DNA of 64,000 nucleotides from a virus (Duplodnaviria; Heunggongvirae; Uroviricota; Caudoviricetes): IMG/VR virus record IMGVR_UViG_3300037067_007156, positions 333,519 to 397,518 of that record; one strand, 5' to 3'. Shown piece by piece: positions 1 to 11,940 of this stretch (position 1 is its first letter; each line of letters starts with the position of its first letter). The notes under the pieces were generated by a model. It saw only the letters and a program-made list of their open reading frames with translations, ran no database searches and was not told where the DNA came from. The position numbers and the translations under genes were made by a program.

Positions 1-121
1 GATTGTTATCTGGCTAAAAATAATGACAAAGTAGAACAATCTTTTTATATTTTTCATGAAAGAAAACCACGAAATCTTTAGTTTCGTGGATGAATTTCAA
101 AATAAAATGATTTTTTAATTT

Positions 122-130
122 TAATATATA
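122..130 (+). promoter_or_regulatory. Putative phage late promoter TAATATATA (example of a recurrent motif)
   Basis: TAATATATA or TTATATATA lies shortly upstream of the starts at 160, 1825, 3383, 26463, 26540, 27892, 34330, 42560, 44689, 47552, 53740, 57434, 59645 and 60820. Analogous to the T4 late promoter TATAAATA. Confidence 0.6.
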
Positions 131-159
131 CTTTACAGAAAAAGAATTAAATCTATAAA

Positions 160-1377
160 ATGTTAAAGTCTTTTAAATATAGAATATATCCAGATGAATT
201 TCAAAAAGAATTATTGACAAATATTTTTGGTCAAGTGAGATTTGTATATAATTATGGGTTGGAGATGAAAATATCAGCTTATGCAAAAGATAAAACTAAT
301 ATAGATTGTTTTGATATAATTAAAAAAATAAAAATATTAAAAGATGGTGAATATAATTGGTTATCGTTATCACCTTCACAGGCATTACAAATGACAATAA
401 GAAATTTAGACAATGCATATACGAATTTCTTTAAAGGAAGTGGTTTTCCTAAATTTAAAAACAAACATGGGAAACAAACATTTCAATTACCACAGGGAGT
501 AAGATTAAGTGAGAATAATAAACAAATATTTATACCAAAATTAAAATATATTGATATTGATTTACATAGAGAATTTAAGGGTGAAATAAAGACTGTAACT
601 ATAAGTAAGTCAACAACAAACAAATATTATATAAGTGTTTTAGTTGAAACAAACATAGAAAAACCGATTAAAAAAGAAATAATTGAAACTACTTCAGTAG
701 GTGTAGATTTAGGAATAAAAGATTTTGCAATTACATCAGACGGAAAGAAATTCGAGAACAAAGATTTCTTAAAATCAACATTAAAAAAGTTAAAGGTAGA
801 ACAAAGGTCATTGTCAAAAAAAAAGAAAGGAAGTAACCATTATTTAAAACAAAAAATGGTTGTATCGTTATTACATGAACACATTAGAAATCAGAGGATT
901 GATTATTTACATAAGATTAGTAAATATCTTGTAGATAATTATGATACAATTTGTATTGAAGACCTTAATGTAAAGGGAATGTCAGCAACTTGTAAGCCAA
1001 AGCAAGATGAAAACGGTAAATACATCCCAAATGGTCAGTCAGCTAAAAGTGGATTAAATAAAGCTATATTGGATATGGGTTGGAATGAATTTAAAATAAT
1101 GCTTGAATATAAATGTGATTGGTATGGAAAAAATTTATCTATTATTGGAAGGTTTGACCCATCAAGTAAAACTTGTTCTGATTGTGGTTATATAAATAAA
1201 GATTTGACATTAAAAGATAGAGAATGGATGTGTCCGAAATGTGGTTCATTACTTGATAGAGATGTAAACGCAGCAAAAAATATTAAAATTTTTGGGTTGA
1301 GGAACAAACCCAGCATTACTCAAAGTAAGTCAATAGACTATGCTTGTAATGTAGAAACCACTGAATCTTTAGTTTAG
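160..1377 (+). CDS. tnpB: TnpB RNA-guided endonuclease
   Basis: N-terminal KYRIYP HTH; RuvC motifs GVDLG, IEDL, DRDVNAA; Zn ribbon CSDC/CPKC. Confidence 0.95.
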   Translation: MLKSFKYRIYPDEFQKELLTNIFGQVRFVYNYGLEMKISAYAKDKTNIDCFDIIKKIKILKDGEYNWLSLSPSQALQMTIRNLDNAYTNFFKGSGFPKFKNKHGKQTFQLPQGVRLSENNKQIFIPKLKYIDIDLHREFKGEIKTVTISKSTTNKYYISVLVETNIEKPIKKEIIETTSVGVDLGIKDFAITSDGKKFENKDFLKSTLKKLKVEQRSLSKKKKGSNHYLKQKMVVSLLHEHIRNQRIDYLHKISKYLVDNYDTICIEDLNVKGMSATCKPKQDENGKYIPNGQSAKSGLNKAILDMGWNEFKIMLEYKCDWYGKNLSIIGRFDPSSKTCSDCGYINKDLTLKDREWMCPKCGSLLDRDVNAAKNIKIFGLRNKPSITQSKSIDYACNVETTESLV

Positions 1378-1408
1378 TGGTGGTTCATGGTTTTATATTG
1401 AGAGATGA
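1230..1408 (+). ncRNA. Predicted TnpB reRNA/omegaRNA; guide begins GGTTTTATATTGAGAGATGA
   Basis: Known TnpB architecture: scaffold overlaps the tnpB 3' end and right end, and the guide is the right flank after TTCAT. The 5' boundary is approximate. Confidence 0.6.
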
Positions 1409-1477
1409 TGATTATTATTTACAACAAGCAAAAAATATAATTCGAAAAAATAAAATAAAACAGATATTTATCTAAGT

Positions 1478-1774
1478 ATGAGTAATCTTACAGATACTAT
1501 CAAAGAACTCGAAAATTTAAATTCATTATCTGAAGAAAGATTAAAAATATATACAGAAATTTTTAGAAATACAGGTAATGGTTGTAGAGATATTTTTCTA
1601 TATTTAAAAGCATATTCTTTATATTTAAATGCTTTAACTGGTAATAATTCTAAAAAATTAACATTTTATGCATTTTTAACACATGTAACAAGTAAATTAG
1701 ATTTTTATTTAAAAATTGCTAAAACAGAAGAAAGAAAAAATAAAATTAAAAACGTATTTGGTAATATATTTTAA
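1478..1774 (+). CDS. Hypothetical protein, C-terminal RKNKIKNV motif
   Basis: ORF track; shared C-terminal motif. Confidence 0.6.
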   Translation: MSNLTDTIKELENLNSLSEERLKIYTEIFRNTGNGCRDIFLYLKAYSLYLNALTGNNSKKLTFYAFLTHVTSKLDFYLKIAKTEERKNKIKNVFGNIF

Positions 1775-1824
1775 TATATAATGTAATACATTTTAAAAAT
1801 TATATTTAAAAATAAAAATATTAA

Positions 1825-2199
1825 ATGATTAACGTATTATATGTAGAAGATGATGCAGTGTTTCGAGGTTTGGTGTGTGATATTTTTAAATATAATGAAG
1901 ATTTTTCGATAGTTTGTGCGAAATCTGGTCAAGAAGGTATCGATATGGCATTAGAAAAAAATTATGATATTATAATCATGGATATAATGATGCCAGATAT
2001 TGATGGTTGGAAAGTGACTAAAAAAATTCGAGAAACTAAACCAGATAGTGTTGTTATAGCTTTATCAGCATTGAGTGTAAAAGATTTGGATGGTAATAGT
2101 ATATTTGATGAACATATTAGAAAACCTATCCGAGGATATGAATTCAAAAACACATTAAAAGAAGTTGCAATTCAAAAAGGCATGTGGAGTAAAGAATGA
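1825..2199 (+). CDS. Stand-alone response regulator receiver (CheY-like)
   Basis: VEDD acidic pocket, phospho-acceptor in IMDIMMPDIDG, ALSA, conserved KP. Confidence 0.92.
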   Translation: MINVLYVEDDAVFRGLVCDIFKYNEDFSIVCAKSGQEGIDMALEKNYDIIIMDIMMPDIDGWKVTKKIRETKPDSVVIALSALSVKDLDGNSIFDEHIRKPIRGYEFKNTLKEVAIQKGMWSKE

Positions 2200-2558
2200 G
2201 TGTAAACATCATTTAATTTGATAATTCATTTTTACAACAGAAAAAAACATGTAATGATGAATATCAAATAAAATATAATTATTAAAAACTGAATTCTTAT
2301 TCTTTTTTAATGCTAATTTTATTTCATTGTTTAATTTCGTTGATGCCATAAGTATAGCATATTCTTCGAAAATTCGAGTTGATTTAAAAATAATATACAG
2401 ATTATTTTTTTCTATACAGATTGTTGGTCGGAATAAAACGAACCAGTGGAGTTTTTGTTTTATTGTTGTGGGATTAAATTGTATATTATTAAATTCAACT
2501 GTTTGTGCAGCTACACGCATTGGCAGTGATGAACTATTCGACGGAGTGTGAAACATTT

Positions 2559-2813
2559 TTATAAATTAAATAACCTTGAAAAGAATCCTCTATTATCTTT
2601 TAATTTTAATTGTATATTCAAATTATTAATAGTGGCTTCTAACCGTTCTATTTTAGCTTTAAGTAATTCTATATTTTTAGTTTTAATTTCTACTATTTCT
2701 TCTTCTTGTTTAAGTCGTCTTTGAAGCGTTTCAACTAATTCCACATAAGACTTATTTAAATCTTTTTCCGTTGAATAGTATTTTAATATCGAAACAACCC
2801 TTTTATCTAACAT
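2559..2813 (-). CDS. Hypothetical coiled-coil protein
   Basis: Heptad-rich sequence ending GFFSRLF; start placed at the internal Met (MLDKRV). Confidence 0.55.
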   Translation of the reverse strand: MLDKRVVSILKYYSTEKDLNKSYVELVETLQRRLKQEEEIVEIKTKNIELLKAKIERLEATINNLNIQLKLKDNRGFFSRLFNL

Positions 2814-2840
2814 ATTCTTTTTGTTTACAAATATAACAAA

Positions 2841-2872
2841 AAAACCCAAGTTATATTATAACTTGGGAAAAA
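2841..2872. terminator. Intrinsic terminator
   Basis: CCCAAGTTATA-T-TATAACTTGGG hairpin flanked by A tracts (U tract on the minus strand). Confidence 0.75.
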
Positions 2873-2891
2873 AATGATATAAAGTTAAATA

Positions 2892-3383
2892 TTAAAAAAC
2901 ACCTTTCAAACCTTCACCATCATTCTCATCATCAGCATATTTTCCATTAAATATTTCCTCATCGTCTTCATCATCTTCACTATATTTAACAGCACGACTA
3001 AAATCAATATCATATAAAACCACATCATATTCCATAAAGAATTTATTATCTTTAAAGAATTTATCTGTTGGTACTAATCCAACGTCATTAGCTCGTTTTG
3101 AAAGAACACTTACGGAATATTCGTTTCTCAATTCTTCTTTGGAATCGGTGTATTTAAAATCTTGTTCGGTTACATTAAACTGTATTGCGGTTGGTATAAT
3201 TTTGGTTGCTAAATATTTAGAATAGTCTAAAAATTCACCATTAACTTTATAAAAAATGTTTGTAGCTGGTGAAAAATTCATGTTAAGAATATTTTTAATA
3301 TCCTCTGTTACAGCATCGAATTCCGATTTTTCTGATTTGGATTCATGTAAATGAAAATTGCTAAAATTCAATATATGGTTCAT
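2892..3383 (-). CDS. Hypothetical protein with N-terminal capsid-targeting-like motif
   Basis: MNHILNFSNFHLHES; preceded by TAATATATA. Confidence 0.65.
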   Translation of the reverse strand: MNHILNFSNFHLHESKSEKSEFDAVTEDIKNILNMNFSPATNIFYKVNGEFLDYSKYLATKIIPTAIQFNVTEQDFKYTDSKEELRNEYSVSVLSKRANDVGLVPTDKFFKDNKFFMEYDVVLYDIDFSRAVKYSEDDEDDEEIFNGKYADDENDGEGLKGVF

Positions 3384-3429
3384 ATAAATATTATTTTTTC
3401 TTTATATATTAAAAAAAAATAATATTTTT

Positions 3430-5060
3430 TTAATTTAAAGTTGCCATATAGAGATAAAGTTGAGGCTTTACAATTTTAAGTATTTGTTCACTATTAACAA
3501 AAATTCGTGTTATTTCTTTTATTACATCTTCAATTACAGCTAATATATTTGTGTGATATTCTTCTATTTTGAATTTATTATCAACCAAATATGTGTTCTT
3601 AACAACATAATCAGAATTACTTTTTATTTTAAATGGTTGATATATTTTTTTACATTCTGATATAGATATATTACTATTATATTTATTTCCTAAACAGGTT
3701 TTATGAACAACATCTATTAATTGTTTAGGATATATATTTAAAGTTAAATATAAGGGATGATATATATTTTCTTTAATTATTTTACCTGTACTAATATCAA
3801 TTGTTTTATTTTTTAAATTTTTTAAATCAGAGTTATAATACCAATTAATTTTATAATTGTATTTGTCTATCATTAAGCATTCCATACGTTTTTCGTATTA
3901 TTTTTTGTATTTAAATTTTGTATTTAAATATAATGGGAAGGTATAACTTTTTTGGAAAAATACAAATTTAAATATTAATATTTTCTATTTTTATTTTTCG
4001 CAATAAACACTTATCATACACCAAATTAATATAACCATTAGAGTGATTAATTGAAATTGGTATTTTTGTGATAGAAAAATTATCACATTTTAAAGATATA
4101 GTATTAATTTCTGGATGGTAATAAAATGCAGATTTTCCAGTAAAAGCATCTAAAGGTATTTTTCTTAGTGCTTCGGGAAAATAAAAAGTATTATAATTTT
4201 TAAGATAAAACTTTTGAGATTCCATATTATAGCATATATCACCAACCTCACAAATCCAATCTTGACGAATTATAAATGGTGTGTATAAAGTTAATTTATC
4301 CCTATTTATATATGCTGAATCATCATAGTTATTAAAAATAGTAAAACTCATCTTTGTTTCTACATCAACTAATAATGAAGAACCATATGAATCATATTCT
4401 TTTAATAATCTAAACCAGTGTTTATTTACTATTTGGTATGTATCTAAGCAACTTTGAAAAGAAAGATAACCAAACTTAATTAAAATTTCATGTATATTTT
4501 CATAAATATCATCTATTTCTTTTTGATGCGGTTGTACTTCATCATTAAGACCGGAAAAATCCATGAGAATTTTATCTATATTTTCTTTTTTCCATATCGT
4601 TGGATTATAATCACGATGAAGTGTATGTACAATATAAAATGTAATATAATCTTGGTTATATAGTTTTCTAAATTCATAATTCTTATCTACAACGACTTTT
4701 AAATTATCGTTAAATAATTTCACAAATTCATTTAGTAATATCAGACTATTCATTGAAAATGCTATCTAATTTTTTCTTCCGTGTTATTTTTATAACATTT
4801 GGTGTGTTTAAATTTACAACAAAATTTTCTAAAATGTGTCTTTGGGTTTTTAAAATGTGTCCGATTACATCATCATGAGTTTTTTCAAAACTTTCAAGAT
4901 AATTCAATAAATCTTTAGCTTTATTAACAAATTCATATCTTTCTTTAGTAACTTGAGTAGCATCGACAGTATCATCGTTGTATACGTCAATGATATTACG
5001 AACTTTTAACATCAATTCCTTATCATCTTTACTCAGTCTATCCCAGTACACTTTTATCAT
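3430..5060 (-). CDS. Three hypothetical ORFs (3430-3885, 3968-4753, 4746-5060)
   Basis: ORF track; two end in R-x-x-K-[IL] motifs. Confidence 0.55.
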
Positions 5061-5064
5061 GTCC

Positions 5065-6444
5065 TTACTTACGTCTTCTTTCGTTTTGTGTTGCCTTACG
5101 ATGTTTCTTTTCTTCTTTTCTTTCTTTCCAAGTCATTTGTTTACCAGCATCTTTTATATTTAATATTGGCTTAATTTTATCCAATATAGTTGCAGTCGGC
5201 TCGATAGCTGCTTCTATCACCGATGATTTCTTGTAAGCAAATGGTGATTCATCCAAAGTTTCTTTACAAACAGTAGTGGAATAAACACCTTTCATAGTTT
5301 CTTGAAATTTTTTCAAATCAACTTTTTGTTTAGCTTCACCTCTTGACATAACTCTACCAGCTCCATGTGGAGCTGAAAAATTCCAATCAGCATTAGACTT
5401 ACCTTCACATAAAAGAATACCATCACGCATATTAAGAGGTATAATCATCTTTTTACCTTCATATGATGATATTGCACCCTTACGTATAATAAAATCGTTA
5501 AAATCGATATAATTGTGAACAGTTTCAAATGTTTCAGTAAAATGTTTTACTTTAAGAACCTTTTGGATTATACCTAACATAATTTTACGACTCCACGAAG
5601 CATATAACTGGGTAAATATCATGTCATATAAATACCCCATCATATTATCACCAGATAAAAAAGCATCATTTCTGTTTATACCAAGATTAAAAGATTTTTT
5701 TAATTCTTTTATTTTTTCTGGTATAAGTTTTTTATCGACTGTGTTCTGAATAATATTATCCAATTTTTGATTATATTCTTTGGTTGGTTTGGATATTGAA
5801 TCCTCAGCAACCTTTGTCCAATAATTAGCCACCTTTAATCCAAAATTACGACTTCCTGAATGAATTGTTACCCAATATTCTTTTGAACCAGAACCTAATT
5901 CTATGAAATGGTTTCCACCGCCAAGTGTTCCAATTGAGTTGTAAAATATTAAATCTGAAATTCCAATATCATTTAATTTCTGGTCTAACCATTCTTGGTT
6001 ATAAGTAGGAGATTTGTATAGTGTTCCAAATTTTTTATTAAATTCAATAGTAAACAAATCAGCTATTCTCTGCGGTTCATTAAAAGGTATATTTCCGAAA
6101 ACGTTTTCTTGGTGAATGTTTACACCAGTCGGAACGTTTTCTATTATTTTGGAATTTATTTTTTCCAAATCCATACGAGTAGTCTTTGGAAAGCTTGCAG
6201 TTAACATTCCACAATTTATGTCAACCCCTATCATATTTGGTATTAACCCGTTATTTATATCTAATGGCATGGTAAATCCAATGACGGCGTTTTTCCCCTC
6301 ATGAACGTCAACCATTATTCTAACAGGGACACCAGTGGATATAGGATGATTTAATATTCTTATGATAGTTGAAATAGCCTGTGGTTCAACATCGTCTATA
6401 AATATTTTGCAATCTTTGTTGTATTTTCCTTGTAGTTCTAACAT
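5065..6444 (-). CDS. rtcB: RtcB RNA 3'-phosphate/5'-OH ligase
   Basis: DVHEG, GVDINCG, GTLGGGNHFIE, HSGSR, VHNY, RKGA, SAPHGAGR, DESPFAYK motifs. Confidence 0.97.
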   Translation of the reverse strand: MLELQGKYNKDCKIFIDDVEPQAISTIIRILNHPISTGVPVRIMVDVHEGKNAVIGFTMPLDINNGLIPNMIGVDINCGMLTASFPKTTRMDLEKINSKIIENVPTGVNIHQENVFGNIPFNEPQRIADLFTIEFNKKFGTLYKSPTYNQEWLDQKLNDIGISDLIFYNSIGTLGGGNHFIELGSGSKEYWVTIHSGSRNFGLKVANYWTKVAEDSISKPTKEYNQKLDNIIQNTVDKKLIPEKIKELKKSFNLGINRNDAFLSGDNMMGYLYDMIFTQLYASWSRKIMLGIIQKVLKVKHFTETFETVHNYIDFNDFIIRKGAISSYEGKKMIIPLNMRDGILLCEGKSNADWNFSAPHGAGRVMSRGEAKQKVDLKKFQETMKGVYSTTVCKETLDESPFAYKKSSVIEAAIEPTATILDKIKPILNIKDAGKQMTWKERKEEKKHRKATQNERRRK

Positions 6445-6492
6445 AATATGTAAATTTAAACAAAAATAATGATTTTTTAATTAACAAAAAAA

Positions 6493-7260
6493 TTATATAT
6501 GTTTTAATCTATATAATCTCATTTTAACACTTTCTTTTGTTCTATTTAAATGAAACATAGATTCTTGAATATCATGATTTAATATATAATTATCTTCTAA
6601 TAATGACCAGTTATTCCTATTAATCTTATTCTCTGGTCTTTCCCATTTTATTATATTCTTCTTTATATTTTCTTTTCTTTCTAAACAAATACAATTTTCA
6701 TAATATAGAATGTGCGATAATATTTGGGCATCTTCATTCGTAATCATTATATTATACATATCATCTCTTTTATTTCTCGAAGTCGTTTTTATTTTATTTA
6801 AATATTTTTTAATAAAATCAATAAAAAAATTAGCTAAATTTTCACTTTGAGTTGTGAAAGAAATAAAAGGTATATTTTCTTTTGTAAATCCCAAAGAACC
6901 ATCACCATCTATCATACCTCTTACAAAATCGATTTCTTTTATATTATTAGGGATAATTATTTTATCAGATTTCTTTCCAGCTTTAAAACCCAAATTCTTT
7001 AATTCGTTTCTAAAATTTAAATCGTAAAAATTTAAAATAGAAGAAGTATAATTTTTTGAAAAATTTGTATTTCTGGTTCTACCAGTTAATGTGAAATTTA
7101 TATCAAATAATTCACTTATTTTTTCTAAAATATCGACATCTTTGTTTGATAATTCAAATGATATTTTACCTCTGTTTCTACTTTGTTCGTATAATGTTCC
7201 ATCAGTAACAAAGAAACCGATGAAATAAGAATGTTTTGGATTTTGTGTGTCTATCATCAA
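6493..7260 (-). CDS. Free-standing two-motif LAGLIDADG homing endonuclease
   Basis: YFIGFFVTDG and FVRGMIDGDG motifs; C-terminal W..ED..I helical domain. Confidence 0.9.
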   Translation of the reverse strand: MMIDTQNPKHSYFIGFFVTDGTLYEQSRNRGKISFELSNKDVDILEKISELFDINFTLTGRTRNTNFSKNYTSSILNFYDLNFRNELKNLGFKAGKKSDKIIIPNNIKEIDFVRGMIDGDGSLGFTKENIPFISFTTQSENLANFFIDFIKKYLNKIKTTSRNKRDDMYNIMITNEDAQILSHILYYENCICLERKENIKKNIIKWERPENKINRNNWSLLEDNYILNHDIQESMFHLNRTKESVKMRLYRLKHI

Positions 7261-7300
7261 ACATATACTTGTTTTTAAGTATATATTTGATTTGGTGAGT

Positions 7301-9318
7301 TCATTCCGGTGAATTATAATTTTTCAAAGTTTCAACTGTGATTTCTTGTAAAGATGATAATATTTCTTCTGTGTATTTAGTGATAATTTTTTTTGTATTT
7401 TCTTCTTCTAAAGAATCAATGGCTTGATAAACATTTTCAACCCCATCCGAATCTGGTTTTTGATTATTTTTTACATATTCATTTATATATTTATTTTGAG
7501 CATATTTGGCCGCTCTTTCTTCTAACGTGGAAAAATTTGAAATTAATTTAATAGAAAAAATTTCGATTTCTTCTGATGAATATGGGTGACTTATTATAGA
7601 ATCATTCGGATTTAATAACGTATATTTTAACATTTTATTATTCAAAACTTTGTCCCACGATTTTCTTCGAATATTCCAATTTTTTTCAGTTATATCTTCT
7701 GGTTTATCTGTATTATTCCAATAACCATAATTTTTAAAATATTTTTTTAATAAATCAAAATATTCTCTATATTCATAATATGGGTATATGAATATTTTCT
7801 TATTAGCTGGTGCAAAAAGAATACTTAAATCGAAATCATATGAAACATCTCGTTCTAAAGAATTTAAAACATTTTTACATCTTTTATTTATTAAATTTAC
7901 CAAATTTACAAGAAGTGAATTATTTCCACTTAAAATGTTAGTTATGTCTTTCTCATCTATTTTTCTTTTAAAATCATTTATTATATATTCTCTGGTTGAC
8001 TTATTATCAAAATAATACTGGTATTTTTGAGCTATTAATTTTATAACTAAATCATCTTTTATTGATTTGGATTCAGAATTGATTTGTTCTATGACTTTAT
8101 AGAATTTTGTCAGGTTATCCGATTCGAATATCATACCGTCATATATCTTAGTACTCACAGTATACTTTTTATTTTTTGTTTTCTATAAAATTTTTTTAAA
8201 TATTCATCATCAGTTTGAGCTGGGTATTTATTTCTAAATAAAAAATAACAGAAATATATAATTGGTAGCACTGTTATAAATATCGGAAAAAATTTAAGAT
8301 TTTTTAATGATAAATTTGATGTAATTTTAACTGTAAATAATAAGGATAATATTATCCATACTAAATAAGAAATACCTATAATAAGATAATAAGTATTATG
8401 AATTAGAAATAATGATATTGTTAATATTACAATTTGATATATTATTGATACATAAAATAAGATAGAAGCATGTTTATTTATTTTAAAAAACAATTCACTA
8501 CCAGCATTTATTGTTTTTATTTTAATTCCCATTTTATTTTTGATTATTAAATTAAACCTTTTTGTTTAGCTTTACTATACAAATCTACAAATTTCTTGTA
8601 ATATTCCATACGTTTGTTATCTAATTCTTTTAATTGAACAATATCTTCAATTGTTTTCAATTGATACCTATTAATTTCTGAATTTTCCAGTGAAGAACGT
8701 GTCATTCCTCCATAATCATCGTTATTAGAACTTTTTGAATTTGTTGTGTGCTCTTTCACAAATTCATCATATATTTTACATATACGTTCGTATTCAGCTT
8801 GAGCTAATCTCATTTCTTCAAGTTTATTCATATTGCTATTTCGTTTTTAATACATCTATATCATTAAATATCTTTAAATATTTTAAGTATCTTTCGGTAT
8901 TATTGTTAAATTTTATAAAAGCATTCGGGGTAAATTCTATACTACTCAAATAAGACCAGACAGATTGAGGTGTAATATCTTCGTCGTATAATAAATCTAA
9001 TTTAAATGATTTATCCATATAATGAACAACGTTTTCTACTTTATAAACACTACCAACACATAAACGTCCATCATTGAAATTATCAACACATAAAACCCTA
9101 TCACCTTTTTCAATATTTTTTTTAGTGATAATGTGTTTATTGATATATTTTTCAATTTTTATTTTATTACCGTCTTCATCTAAAAATTTAGTCATATCAA
9201 ATTTACCTCGGATATTGAACAATTCAATAATTCCATCAGAAATAGTTTTGACCAAATATTTTTGGTCATTCTTCAATGATTTTATTGGATACTCGTTTTC
9301 TTTATATATGACTATCAT
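7301..9318 (-). CDS. Four hypothetical ORFs (7301-8158, 8155-8532 membrane, 8547-8831, 8836-9318)
   Basis: Tightly packed co-oriented ORFs. Confidence 0.55.
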
Positions 9319-10144
9319 ATTTTTCCAAAAATGTTTTTTATTTTTTTTCTGCGTTCAAACATTAAACATTCTTTACCTGTTATCCTTTTATAACAAACCG
9401 AACACTGGTAAATATCATCTTTCAATATTACACCATAATAATTTTTATTATACAATAATATATATTTATGTCCATGAATGTGACATTTAACTTTCATTTT
9501 GAGAATAATAAAATTATAACTCAACCAATTATACACATTTTCAATGAATGATTTATATAAAAATTCTTTATGTGGTGATTTATTAGACATGTATTATAAT
9601 ATTGTTTTTATTTTTTGCTTACGCTCATATTTTTTAAAATCTTCTGGTGATAAAGTATTATTACATTTTGGGCATATATAAATATAATGTTGAAATTGAA
9701 AAATGTTATTAATCATCATACCGCTGTTTGGTAATTTAATATATTTATGTTTACACCAATATTGTTTTAATTTACAAATATTTTTATACAAAAATGTAAA
9801 TAAAATAAAATATGGTTGAAAGAATTTTTCCATTATAAAATTGTTTTAATTTTCATTTTTCTTTCATGCAGTAAATGCATTTTTTCACTTTCTATCAATA
9901 AACACCGTTCACAATAAAATATTTTATAATTTTCAATTGTACTTTCATCTGTTATGTGAACATAATTATAATGTTTAAAATTATGTTTTGTAAAATAACA
10001 TATTATTTTCCAAATGAATAAAGTAAAACGATTTATATTAAATTTTGATTTTAATTCCTTTTTTACATAAATAATTTGAATAATATCTTTTTTTGCTTTT
10101 AAAGGAATATCAGCATAAATATAAAAATTATTTATTTGACTCAT
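9315..10144 (-). CDS. Three tandem small Cys/His (Zn-ribbon-like) paralogs
   Basis: C..H.Y and CxxC (CSVC, CPKC, CERC); all end ER-x-x-KIK-x-I. Confidence 0.65.
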
Positions 10145-10146
10145 AT

Positions 10147-11076
10147 TTAATCTTTAAAATATTCTTTAAGTGCTTCTTTGATATTATTTTTCCATTTATT
10201 TTTAGGTATAAATACATTAATTTGTGTATCGGATGGTTCATTACCTGATGATATACTCTGAAAACTTTCACTTGACACACAGAAATGACCATTATCATCA
10301 TATAATAAATTGGGTGCTTGGCCGAGACTTGTTAATGTTTCTATAATAAAATCAAAAGGTAACTGGTCAGTTTTGGCTTTAACCATTTTATATATTTTAT
10401 CCCCAAGGATATCAACTTCTTTTGGTTCTGGTATCGAATAATCACCATATTCTCCGATTGATGAGTCGAACGAGTCTTGATATAATTTCCAATATTCACT
10501 TCTTTTTTTTACAAGATGTTCAATATAATTTTTGTTTGGGTAAATAATACCTTTGTAATATCCAGCTAAACCATCCAGTTCAACCCACATATCCTTAAAC
10601 CAACCTTTTTTATTCAAAGTGAATCTTAAAATGTAATACTCATCTACGTAGGTATCATACATATCAGACTGTTCATTCTTTAATTTTTCTGTGAATGAAA
10701 ATGTCATATTAGCCAACCTATCACACAATTTAAGAAATATTGATTCGTAAGTGGTTGAAGTTTTGTAAAGAGTTTTAAGAATTTTTTCTTTTCTGGATTT
10801 ACCCTGTTCATTGGTAACATTGAAAACTATATCGGCTGCTTCTTCACCTATTATTTTTGTTATTGTATGATAACTCATACCACAATCTTCTTCAACATCA
10901 TGAAACCATAAAGCTTTTTTCACTATTTCTTGTTGATGTGGAGTTAAATTGTGTTTGTATTTTTGGAAAAAATCATATACCATTTCCAGATGAAAAGAAT
11001 ATGGCTGTCCAGCATATTGCTTATTAGCCATATGATGAAGTTCGAAAGCTTTTAATTTTATTTCCTGAGTTGTCAT
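10147..11076 (-). CDS. HD-domain hydrolase, SpoT/Mesh1-like small alarmone hydrolase, with C-terminal extension
   Basis: H..Q.Y.G.PY..H, WFHDVEED, KLCDRLAN motifs. Confidence 0.85.
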   Translation of the reverse strand: MTTQEIKLKAFELHHMANKQYAGQPYSFHLEMVYDFFQKYKHNLTPHQQEIVKKALWFHDVEEDCGMSYHTITKIIGEEAADIVFNVTNEQGKSRKEKILKTLYKTSTTYESIFLKLCDRLANMTFSFTEKLKNEQSDMYDTYVDEYYILRFTLNKKGWFKDMWVELDGLAGYYKGIIYPNKNYIEHLVKKRSEYWKLYQDSFDSSIGEYGDYSIPEPKEVDILGDKIYKMVKAKTDQLPFDFIIETLTSLGQAPNLLYDDNGHFCVSSESFQSISSGNEPSDTQINVFIPKNKWKNNIKEALKEYFKD

Positions 11077-11078
11077 TT

Positions 11079-11843
11079 CTACAATTCTGATAATATTAGC
11101 ATCTCCTTATCCCAAGCACCGATAATCTGATAATAGAAACCGAATGGACTTTGAACCAGTAATATTGGGTCTCTTTTTTTCTCGATTGTTTTAAAATTAT
11201 CGGAAGTAGCTATTACATAAAAAACAGGTTTTTTATTACATATTTTCTCAACTGCTTTTATATGTTTTTTCATTAAATCGATAGCTTCTTTTGGAAATTC
11301 TGGTACAAATAAGTCAGATGTTTTCATGACCAATTCATATTTATCCAACAAAATTTGAATTTTTTCATCAGTTGTGTTTTGAAAACTATCGAAAAAACTC
11401 TTGTTTGCCTGATATTGTTTTCTATTTTCTAATCTTTCTATTAAAGCACTAATTTCTCTTTTAGCATAAGATTGAACAATAATTTTTTCTTTATCCCTTA
11501 ACATTTCTATTTTTTCATCTATCAAAGTCAAAGAAAACGGGTTGGGAATAGTTTCCAATTCGGCTAAAACATCAATTGGTTTAATTGATATTTTTTGTTT
11601 TGGTTTATTTACAACATCACCATTTCCATCAGTTGGAACAGAGAGAACTGCTTCGCCAAAAGAATTATACTGACTTGCAAAATTCTTAAAATCAAACAAA
11701 TAGTTATCGTTTAATTCGGAATTACTATTTGGTGGTTCTACATGGATTCGTCCATTTTGAAAACTAATTGGTTGTCGTCCATTAGTTAAATTGGTTATAT
11801 CAACGCCAGTTAACCATTTAAAAATTAATTTTCGAATATTCAT
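11079..11843 (-). CDS. Hypothetical protein
   Basis: ORF track; preceded by TACATTTG at 11879-11886. Confidence 0.6.
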   Translation of the reverse strand: MNIRKLIFKWLTGVDITNLTNGRQPISFQNGRIHVEPPNSNSELNDNYLFDFKNFASQYNSFGEAVLSVPTDGNGDVVNKPKQKISIKPIDVLAELETIPNPFSLTLIDEKIEMLRDKEKIIVQSYAKREISALIERLENRKQYQANKSFFDSFQNTTDEKIQILLDKYELVMKTSDLFVPEFPKEAIDLMKKHIKAVEKICNKKPVFYVIATSDNFKTIEKKRDPILLVQSPFGFYYQIIGAWDKEMLILSEL

Positions 11844-11940
11844 ACTATTAAAATTAGATTAATATTATTTGTTATTCACAAATGTAATATTTTTAATTTT
11901 TATATTAAATAAAAAATCCCACTATTTTGTGGGATTTTAT

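Larger units (their letters stand above)
49..1388 (+). mobile_element. Non-autonomous IS200/IS605-family element (tnpB only)
   Basis: Left-end hairpin CCACGAAATCTTTAGTTTCGTGG (~67-89). Right-end hairpin CCACTGAATCTTTAGTTTAGTGG then TGGTTCAT ending at 1388. Left flank TTTAT (44-48). Removing 49-1388 (or 58-1388) restores an in-frame ORF. Confidence 0.85.
1..1475 (+). pseudogene. Phage ORF split by the tnpB element (1-48 + 1389-1475)
   Basis: ...KVEQSFY joins in frame to GFILRDDDYYLQQAKNIIRKNKIKQIFI*, ending in the window's recurrent R-x-x-K-I-x-x-I motif. Confidence 0.7.

Noticed and set aside
53-1388. TTCAT at both ends of tnpB#1 as a target-site duplication
   Set aside because: IS200/IS605 elements do not make TSDs. 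TTCAT is the shared right-end terminus, and the 26-kb remnant places the left boundary further upstream.
6493-7260. LAGLIDADG gene as part of an intron or intein in rtcB
   Set aside because: rtcB is intact, and the endonuclease is a separate upstream ORF with its own promoter-like motif.
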